Positions 14,653 through 21,328 of a DNA stretch of 21,328 nucleotides are shown here, one piece after another. Where the stretch lies: contig CAZYCQ010000050.1 of NCBI GenBank assembly GCA_964645535.1, positions 1-21,328 on the forward strand. Reading direction: 5' to 3'. The notes beneath the pieces are model-generated. The model had not been told where the DNA came from. It saw nothing but the letters and a program-made list of their open reading frames with translations, and searched no databases. How positions within the stretch are numbered: the stretch's first letter is position 1; every line of letters starts with the position of its first letter. A program made the translations under genes and the position numbers. Source of the stretch: an uncultured archaeon. GTDB taxonomy: Archaea > Asgardarchaeota > Heimdallarchaeia > Heimdallarchaeales > Kariarchaeaceae.

Positions 14653-16992
14653 TCAACATTCTTTTCTATTTCTGGTTACATTGTCCAAATTGACCGCAAC
14701 AATTCTAAGTTTATTATCCTCCAATTCACTTTTTATTCTCTTCGGAACACCTTCTAGAAATCGAAGAGACTTGGAAGCGGTGGCTATCGTGTAAATTATT
14801 AAATGATGATTGACATTTTCTTCTCCCCAATGGCGTGATATAATTTCATCAAGGTTATAAAATTGTTGAGGTAGGAAAATTTCATTCTCCAAAACTTGAA
14901 TGATTTTATCTTTCAGTTGAATTAATTCAGTAGCCATTCTATGGTTTGGGAGATTAATTCCAAAAATTCCACATAATCTGATGAATTCTATGTTTATCTC
15001 TTCCAATTCGAAATTTGGAAGAAATTTTGTGTCTCTTTTTTCCTTTTGAGAGATTAAGGTATTGCCATTGGGCTGATCAAGAAATGGTATGGTTTCTCCA
15101 ATAGTTGTTTGATAACCTGTCGTCATTGATTTTACAAGGAATGAATAATTGGGAAGTGAAGAAATTAATTGCTTTTCTTTCTCATGAAAACCAAGGGAAA
15201 TTTCAGAATCATGATCCGACCCTCTAAATTTAGCCCAAAATCCTGAATTTCTCAAAACCTTACTCATTAACCTTAATGAAGTTCCACTGGCAATGATTGC
15301 AACTCCTTTATATCTTAATGTGGTTATGGCCTCTTCTAATTGACTTAATTTTCCATTTTTACTTGGCAATAATATTTGCGCCTCATCGACAAAAATTGCA
15401 TGACGAATAAACTCTTTGCTATAGTTAATTTGCTCAGTTTTGGATATGTGGATTTTGAATCTTAAAAAAATCATGTCAATTAGGAATCTTACCATCTCAA
15501 AGGGTGAAGTAAGAATCAATTGTGAAAAATCAAAGAAGAGGTTACCATCAAAATCTGTTTGATGAAAATTGGATTCTTCTACCCAACAAACCTCTCTTAA
15601 ATTTGTTGCCATCCACTGAAATTTAGACAACAATGAAAAACTCGAACTTTCTTGATAATTGCCTGAAACCAATTCAAGCCGAGAACCATGCCACAATATA
15701 TTTTGGAAAAAGGAATATGCAGATCCCTTTTCAAGTACAGTTGATTTAGTTGCTGAATACAAGATCTGATCCTGATTGGCTGACAGCTTTTCTTTACTGA
15801 AAAAATTTTCAATTATACCGGTATATACAAAATTGATAAAATCTTGACTCTTCATCCCTTCAGGTTTCTCAAAAATATTTATGTGGAAATTTCTTTTTGG
15901 CACGAAAACTTTTCCTTTTTCCCTGAAAAAAGATAAACGACTTGCTTCTCCCTTTAAATCAATGTCAATTATCTTAATTCCTTGCTCTATCATATTTTTC
16001 ATAATAGTTAGTCTTAATGTGGTTTTCCCAGTTCCTGGCGATCCAGAAATTATTCCACCTTGATAAAAATCTTTAAGATGGAGTGAAAGGTGGGAATTTT
16101 TGTTCCATTTTTTTTGCAAGCCAATGACAAATCCTTTTTCATTATTGGCAGGTTTACTTGAAAAAACGATCGACTTATGAATTGATGTCGGTTGATATTT
16201 TAAATTCAAAATTTTTCTCATATCTGTGGGTTCATTTCTTTGCAGTGTTTCTTTTTTGTGGAAAATTGGTTTATCAAAGAGTGATTTGATGGCTTCCTTA
16301 ATGAATCTCAAATCATCTTTTTTTTCTCCATCAATGCTGAAAGCAACTAATCTGTCTTTTGAAGAAATTTCTAGTTTTATAGAAAAATAGATTGACATTA
16401 GTTCTTTATTTTCGACAGCCAAGGAACTACTGAAATGTGAAACTACTTTTGAAATATCTGGAAAATTTTTTGCCGTGAAAAACATTTTCTTTTTTTTGCT
16501 TCGTCGTATGGCTTTGCTCTTTTCAAATTTTAACATGTTTTCTGCCATATGGCTTTCAATCCGATTTCTTATTATTTTCAAGGGTACAGGTTTAAACAAA
16601 CTTTTTTGACAATAACGGAGATAAATTGTTGAATAATCGAAACTTATTTGGTAAGTCAATTGCAATTCTGTGTTGCTAAATTTGCTTGCCCAATCATACA
16701 CATCCACTTTTTTGTTGGGGGAAATGTCCTTTATAGAATAAGAAAGAACACTTTCCCATTTCAACCTAAATGGATAGCAAACATATAATCCCTCTTCAGT
16801 CCAAAAGTTAATTCTAATTCTATTTGTCAAATCAAAAACAACATATCTTATTAATATCAAGAAGATTGCCGCGTATGAAAACAACTCTTTAACTCTTGCA
16901 TCTGAGAGAATTATGACTAACACTAGAAAACATATTCCTATTGATGCGTTGATAATTTGTTCCCATTTGTCTTCACCTGCTATTTCATTCAC
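14653..16992 (-). CDS. Membrane-anchored HerA/FtsK/VirB4-superfamily (DUF87-like) ATPase
   Basis: Two N-terminal TM helices; GIISGSPGTGKT; IIDIDLKGE; INIFE; Walker B IFVDEAQ; LRYKGVAII (arginine-finger region). GTG start. Confidence 0.85.
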   Translation of the reverse strand: MNEIAGEDKWEQIINASIGICFLVLVIILSDARVKELFSYAAIFLILIRYVVFDLTNRIRINFWTEEGLYVCYPFRLKWESVLSYSIKDISPNKKVDVYDWASKFSNTELQLTYQISFDYSTIYLRYCQKSLFKPVPLKIIRNRIESHMAENMLKFEKSKAIRRSKKKKMFFTAKNFPDISKVVSHFSSSLAVENKELMSIYFSIKLEISSKDRLVAFSIDGEKKDDLRFIKEAIKSLFDKPIFHKKETLQRNEPTDMRKILNLKYQPTSIHKSIVFSSKPANNEKGFVIGLQKKWNKNSHLSLHLKDFYQGGIISGSPGTGKTTLRLTIMKNMIEQGIKIIDIDLKGEASRLSFFREKGKVFVPKRNFHINIFEKPEGMKSQDFINFVYTGIIENFFSKEKLSANQDQILYSATKSTVLEKGSAYSFFQNILWHGSRLELVSGNYQESSSFSLLSKFQWMATNLREVCWVEESNFHQTDFDGNLFFDFSQLILTSPFEMVRFLIDMIFLRFKIHISKTEQINYSKEFIRHAIFVDEAQILLPSKNGKLSQLEEAITTLRYKGVAIIASGTSLRLMSKVLRNSGFWAKFRGSDHDSEISLGFHEKEKQLISSLPNYSFLVKSMTTGYQTTIGETIPFLDQPNGNTLISQKEKRDTKFLPNFELEEINIEFIRLCGIFGINLPNHRMATELIQLKDKIIQVLENEIFLPQQFYNLDEIISRHWGEENVNHHLIIYTIATASKSLRFLEGVPKRIKSELEDNKLRIVAVNLDNVTRNRKEC

Positions 16993-17012
16993 CCTGTTGG
17001 ATATGTAGAATA

Positions 17013-17020
17013 ATATAAAA
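17013..17020 (-). promoter_or_regulatory. TATA-like box for the HerA-like gene
   Basis: TTTTATAT on the minus strand, 21-28 nt upstream of GTG 16992. Confidence 0.4.
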
Positions 17021-17024
17021 AATC

Positions 17025-18233
17025 CTACAACAAATCCGCAAACGTGGAATCTTTCTCTAGGGTATGTTTTATTTGTCCTGGCTGGACTGCCAATTTGATA
17101 ACTTTTGATCTGCCATATCTCCCCTTGCTAATAACCGCGGCCTTTACCATTCCCAACAAATCCAATTCGTTAATCAAATCTCCTACTCTCCTTTGTGTAA
17201 GTTCATCTATGTGTAGAGATTTGCAGACATCTTGATATCTTTGATAAAGCAATGTCGTTGTAATTGGTTCCTTTTTGTTTTCCTCAGTTTCAAGTTGATA
17301 AAGAGCAACTAAGACTGCTTTTGATTGGATGGGTTGTGCACTAAGGACTTCTGTGACCGCATCCACTTCAATAACCTGTTCTGCCTGCCTGACGTACTCC
17401 TCCGTTATCTTTCCGGCACCCTCCCGTTCGGCTATTTCTCCTGCCACCCTAACTAAATCTAGGGCTCTTCTAGCATCTCCATGTTCTTGGCTTGCAATGG
17501 CCGCTGCACGATTGATTGCCCCCTCTGTCAGCACATTGGAATGAAGGGCTATTTCTGCCCTTTGTTCTATAATTTTCTTTAGTTGATTCGAATCATATGG
17601 TAGAAAAACAATTTCTTGCTCAGTCAATGTACTTCTTACTCTTGCATCAATGTTTTGTTTAAACATTACATCATTTGTGATGCCAATCATGCTCAGGCTG
17701 GAATGCTTTAATTGTGAATTGATTCTAGTGAGACCATAGAGGGTTTTTGAGTCCTTTTTCTGTAGAAAATCAATCTCATCAAGAACTACAATGAGATGTG
17801 TTTTCTTTTGATCTAAACTCAATGTAAATTTTTTTATGACTTCATCTGTTGGTAACCCGGTTATTGGAACCTCAACACCAATTGATTCACATAGATGGGC
17901 ATAAACTCTATATGTGGTGTCAATTAGTTGACAATTTATAAATGCCAAAAGAACGCTCTTTCCAAGCTCTCTGATTTTCTTTTGAAGAGCGTTCAAGACT
18001 GCTTTAGCAACCACTGTTTTACCCAATCCTGTTTTTCCATATAGAAAGGCGTTGCTTGGCATTCCTCCTGCTATTACCGGTCCTACAATGCTTGCCAACT
18101 GTTTCATTTCGTTTTCCCTAAAAGGGAGATAGCTTGGAACGTAACTAGACCGTAAGGCATTTCTATCTTTGAAAATAGGAACCTTTGGTTTTGCAAACTT
18201 GTCAAATATTTCATCTAGCGAAAAAGGATCCAT
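17025..18233 (-). CDS. cdc6: Orc1/Cdc6 replication initiator, paralogue B (canonical Orc1-1-like)
   Basis: IFKDRNALRSSYVP..LPFRE, YGKTGLGKT, VLDEID, HGDARRALDL, and winged helix TQRRVGDLINELDLLG...SKGRYGRS. ATG at 18233 (TTG at 18236 is an alternative); SD-like GGTGGT upstream. Confidence 0.97.
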   Translation of the reverse strand: MDPFSLDEIFDKFAKPKVPIFKDRNALRSSYVPSYLPFRENEMKQLASIVGPVIAGGMPSNAFLYGKTGLGKTVVAKAVLNALQKKIRELGKSVLLAFINCQLIDTTYRVYAHLCESIGVEVPITGLPTDEVIKKFTLSLDQKKTHLIVVLDEIDFLQKKDSKTLYGLTRINSQLKHSSLSMIGITNDVMFKQNIDARVRSTLTEQEIVFLPYDSNQLKKIIEQRAEIALHSNVLTEGAINRAAAIASQEHGDARRALDLVRVAGEIAEREGAGKITEEYVRQAEQVIEVDAVTEVLSAQPIQSKAVLVALYQLETEENKKEPITTTLLYQRYQDVCKSLHIDELTQRRVGDLINELDLLGMVKAAVISKGRYGRSKVIKLAVQPGQIKHTLEKDSTFADLL

Positions 18234-18349
18234 CAATAACCACCAACTTAGCTTCCTAAGTAAAGTGCGAAACCCAATTAAAAAACCTTGATCTAGATCA
18301 TTACCGATATGTCTATTACTTCTTGTATTTCGGATGCATCCTTAATGTT

Positions 18350-19192
18350 TTATAATATCGATGCAAATTCTTTTGGAATAATTCCTGCCCTTACAACTAA
18401 CCAATTTGGCGTGAAAATTGACCACTGCAAAAGAATCAAGGTTAACGGGTAACCTAATAGATCAATTATTGGTGATACATAAAAAGACAGTACTCTCATC
18501 AAATCTTCATTTCCTTCTGCAAGTAAAATTATTATGCGTGAAATTAATTGCCCTATCTGAACTAGAATGCCAAAAAAAAGGAATTTCAATCTCAAAACTT
18601 CCAATTTACTTGGATCATTTCTAAACTCATTGATCAAAAAATATGAAGTGATCACTAAGATTGCAAGAAATAAAATTCCAAACCCTGCCAGAATCATTTC
18701 GATTTGGGTATCAAATGGATTGTCCGGTGTAAAAATATCCCAAAAAATAACCAAAAATCCAACTATACCTACAATCTGAGTAATATTGAACGCGACCAAA
18801 AAGATATTTCGTCCTAACCTCGTAAATGAAATTACCTCTACTGAAATTCTCGTTAACCCAAAAAAGAACAAAAGGTTTCCCAAAAGGTAAAATATGGACT
18901 TTTCATGACCAAAAAGCATTATTTTTCCATTCGAGATAAAAAGGGAAATGGAACTAAAAAGAAGATTTGTCACCATAAAAATGATTCCAAGAAAGGCAAA
19001 CTTGTAATATTTCATTGTGGGAGGACTGAACCCATTTTTCATTTCTTCAACTTTTGCCACTTTCGCAAAATACACATATTGAATGACAACGATCTGGAAT
19101 AAGATAAGATATAGGATTAAACGGAAACCTAGATCTTCACTATTTACTGCGTAGGGTGTTTTTATCCATAATCTCTCGAAAAAATTTTCCAT
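18350..19192 (-). CDS. Orphan seven-transmembrane protein
   Basis: 280 aa with seven hydrophobic segments, basic inner loops and a C-terminal FTPNWL; no soluble output domain. Confidence 0.75.
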   Translation of the reverse strand: MENFFERLWIKTPYAVNSEDLGFRLILYLILFQIVVIQYVYFAKVAKVEEMKNGFSPPTMKYYKFAFLGIIFMVTNLLFSSISLFISNGKIMLFGHEKSIFYLLGNLLFFFGLTRISVEVISFTRLGRNIFLVAFNITQIVGIVGFLVIFWDIFTPDNPFDTQIEMILAGFGILFLAILVITSYFLINEFRNDPSKLEVLRLKFLFFGILVQIGQLISRIIILLAEGNEDLMRVLSFYVSPIIDLLGYPLTLILLQWSIFTPNWLVVRAGIIPKEFASIL

Positions 19193-19213
19193 ACAGGGAA
19201 TTACGGAAATGAA

Positions 19214-19221
19214 TATTTAAA
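19214..19221 (-). promoter_or_regulatory. TATA box for the 7-TM gene
   Basis: TTTAAATA on the minus strand, 22-29 nt upstream of ATG 19192. Confidence 0.55.
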
Positions 19222-19268
19222 CCCGGAAATTATCCCAAAGCATATACGATGCAATTCAATATCTAGTT

Positions 19269-19327
19269 GCCGATGATGAACTTGCCTTTCTGAGCCATGC
19301 AATGATGAGCAATTTGAGTTCTGAGGC
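19269..19327 (+). ncRNA. Box C/D 2'-O-methylation guide sRNA
   Basis: GCC-g-ATGATGA (C, 19273-79), 10-nt guide, CTGA (D', 19290-93), GC-cat-GC-a, ATGATGA (C', 19302-08), 12-nt guide, CTGA (D, 19321-24), GGC. All four boxes are perfect, with terminal and internal stems in K-turn geometry; intergenic. Confidence 0.92.
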
Positions 19328-19378
19328 GCTTTTATTCCATCCCTTTTGTTGGCAACCTACTCTTCAATTTTAACAGCA

Positions 19379-19386
19379 TTTATATC
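19379..19386 (+). promoter_or_regulatory. TATA box for the 19411 gene
   Basis: TTTATATC 25-32 nt upstream of the TTG. Confidence 0.45.
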
Positions 19387-19410
19387 AATATTTGGAGAAC
19401 TAGAGATTAC

Positions 19411-21300
19411 TTGGCATCCGATCATTATTCCATGACCAACAGAATCAACGATGCATTAATGTTAATAGGCGAACGTCGCCATCATAAAATTTCTTGGATA
19501 CAATATTACCAAACTTCGGAAACTATGGATGAAAATGAGATACGAAAACTCTTTTTGGATATTTCGTCGCATATTTTAAAGCGAAGACAAAAACCTGGGT
19601 CTGCACGAAAATTCAACAATGGTAAACTATTATATTATGAAATTGAAGATTCCAACTCTTCCGGATTTCGTATTTATTGTCTGTTCACCTTGAGCGGAAC
19701 AATCGATTCTACTGTAAAAAAAGCAATGAAAGTCATCAGTCGTAGAGGTGGATATTATTCCGCAAAACGTTATTTTTCAGAACTTCAAGAATTGGTGCAA
19801 AATCCAGAAAAACTTTTAGAAGAAGATAAGATAAATCATGATGACGCCATTCGCCTGCTGTATCAAGTTGATTTGCAGAATATCGATGTAAATTACTTGG
19901 GGCAGATACTTTCAATAATACGGAAAGGTGGAACATTAACAGCAGAAATTTTAGAACGTCTATATTTCCTTGCCTATGAAATCTTGTCTAAACTAACTGA
20001 TGAGCATGTTCTTGACGATATCGATTTAGCTTTGGATGGTGTTTACGATGTTGCTAGATCATATCAGGAAAGAGAGACTTTCCATTTGGCATTAGAATTA
20101 TACAAACGCCTTCTTCCTTTAGTGGAACGCAAGGGGAGAGATGAACTGGAAATTCTTTCAAGAGTTCACATTGCAGAAATTTACCAGGCCTATTTTCCCG
20201 AATCAGGTAATGAGATCATTTCTGTTCTTTATCCGACATCCTTTTCATTAGATCGATTGAAAGAAGTTTCCCCCTCAATTAGGCAGAAATATTATGTTCT
20301 TCTTGCACATGCATATGAGCAAACAGGGAATGATGATTTCGCAATTAAATATTACTACAAAGCAATCCAAGATGCGGAAGAAAACTTAGGGGATCCAATG
20401 TCTGTTTCTAGGGGGTATGCATTTTTTGCAAATAAAGCACGCAATGACTACAAATTCGATGAATCCTTTAAACAATACCTGACCGCTTCTTCCTTGGCTT
20501 TTTCTGCTGGTGAGATTGAAGAAGCTAACGCCCTTCGATGTGAATCTGGTTATGACCAAGTCAAATTTGCTCTTATTTCAGCAATGGCTGCACTCTACCA
20601 TCGAATGGAAAACAATTTAGAAAAGGCAGAATACCTTGCATGGGATGCCCTCAAATCTTTATTGGAGGGTCATTTGAATATATCTCCACGATACCACTAC
20701 AAAATGGCTCGAGAATCTTCCGAAATTTTAAATTATGCGGCCTCTATTCTCTCAATACCTGGGAAAAAACGAAAAAATATGGCTGTCATTCGAAAGATTA
20801 GAAAAGCCATTGAGTCCATTCAATTACAACAATTGGATGAGGCTTCCCAAAAGAAACAACTTGAAAGCCTGATTTCTTCGGTTCTGAAAAATATCCCGAT
20901 TTCTCCTCCTACTTTCTTACTTATTACTTCGGATGGGAGATTGATAGCTAGTGGATTAATAACACGTGATGGATGGAAAAATCCAGATCTAGAGGGTGTT
21001 GTTTTTAGTGGTATCCTTTCTGCAATCATGGGACTTTTGAGTGAAGTTTCTCCATCCTCAGCTAGCTTACGAACAATTGATGCCGGCGGTATGAAAATAA
21101 TGCTGGAAAAAACTGATGATGTTATTGCTGTTCTCTTAGCAGATCGTGAAACTCGTGAGTTTCGTGATGCCCTTCGATTTATCTTAATGACCATTGCTCA
21201 AAGATTTTCCAAAGAATTAGATGTATGGGATGGGAATTTATCCTTTGTTCCCGAAATTAAGGATATTGTTCTTTCTAGTTTGATTAATCTCTTAAGATAA
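19411..21300 (+). CDS. TPR/alpha-solenoid protein with C-terminal longin/roadblock-like domain
   Basis: Central helical repeats (LAHAYEQTGNDDFAIKYYYKAI). C-terminal FLLITSDGRLI...VFSGILSAIMGLLSEV...LRTID.GGMKIMLE...AVLLAD...F...L..WDG fits a longin-like beta-beta-alpha-beta-beta-beta-alpha pattern. Start is TTG 19411 or ATG 19432. Confidence 0.75.
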   Translation: MASDHYSMTNRINDALMLIGERRHHKISWIQYYQTSETMDENEIRKLFLDISSHILKRRQKPGSARKFNNGKLLYYEIEDSNSSGFRIYCLFTLSGTIDSTVKKAMKVISRRGGYYSAKRYFSELQELVQNPEKLLEEDKINHDDAIRLLYQVDLQNIDVNYLGQILSIIRKGGTLTAEILERLYFLAYEILSKLTDEHVLDDIDLALDGVYDVARSYQERETFHLALELYKRLLPLVERKGRDELEILSRVHIAEIYQAYFPESGNEIISVLYPTSFSLDRLKEVSPSIRQKYYVLLAHAYEQTGNDDFAIKYYYKAIQDAEENLGDPMSVSRGYAFFANKARNDYKFDESFKQYLTASSLAFSAGEIEEANALRCESGYDQVKFALISAMAALYHRMENNLEKAEYLAWDALKSLLEGHLNISPRYHYKMARESSEILNYAASILSIPGKKRKNMAVIRKIRKAIESIQLQQLDEASQKKQLESLISSVLKNIPISPPTFLLITSDGRLIASGLITRDGWKNPDLEGVVFSGILSAIMGLLSEVSPSSASLRTIDAGGMKIMLEKTDDVIAVLLADRETREFRDALRFILMTIAQRFSKELDVWDGNLSFVPEIKDIVLSSLINLLR

Positions 21301-21328
21301 TTCTATGGCGCCATGGATTGTGCATATG

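Noticed and set aside
6507-18233. Integrated mobile element at tRNA-Arg carrying Cdc6 and a VirB4-like ATPase
   Set aside because: No integrase and no duplicated tRNA end seen; the interval holds core genes (RFC, SRP RNA, Nep1).
149-21194. Other short ORFs overlapping assigned genes (e.g. 149, 2776, 3113, 5055, 6095, 7767, 7840, 7874, 8695, 8766, 9796, 13386, 14054, 15597, 15881, 17044, 17329, 18418, 18567, 18905, 19736, 20820)
   Set aside because: Antisense or alternate-frame shadows of well-supported genes, with no recognisable motifs.
1-21328. CRISPR arrays, IS elements, inteins, tRNA introns
   Set aside because: No regularly spaced repeats, transposase motifs or intein-sized insertions in RFC, Cdc6 or KaiC; the tRNA is uninterrupted.

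Overview
AT-rich archaeal chromosomal window, most likely from an Asgard archaeon (inferred from a Roadblock/LC7 protein, a longin/TPR protein, an orphan 7-TM protein and two divergent Orc1/Cdc6 paralogues). Translation and RNA-modification genes: ABCE1/Rli1, TruA, uS10, eS17 (missing from the ORF track; appears to start at ATC), Nep1/Emg1, tRNA-Arg(CCT), SRP (7S) RNA and a well-formed box C/D guide sRNA. Replication and regulation genes: two Orc1/Cdc6, a wHTH gene coupled to the first Cdc6, Roadblock, RFC small subunit, a divergent TFB paralogue, one intact and one degenerate KaiC/RAD55-type RecA-fold protein, and a membrane-anchored HerA/VirB4-like ATPase. Best leads for new biology: (i) a ~195-nt nested inverted-repeat element between the TFB-like gene and the SRP RNA; (ii) the C/D sRNA and its targets; (iii) the 7-TM / longin-solenoid-longin divergent pair; (iv) the Cdc6-wHTH-Roadblock-RFC unit and the Cdc6-HerA pair. 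No CRISPR array, transposase or integrase was seen. All calls come from reading motifs by eye; no searches or folding programs were run.
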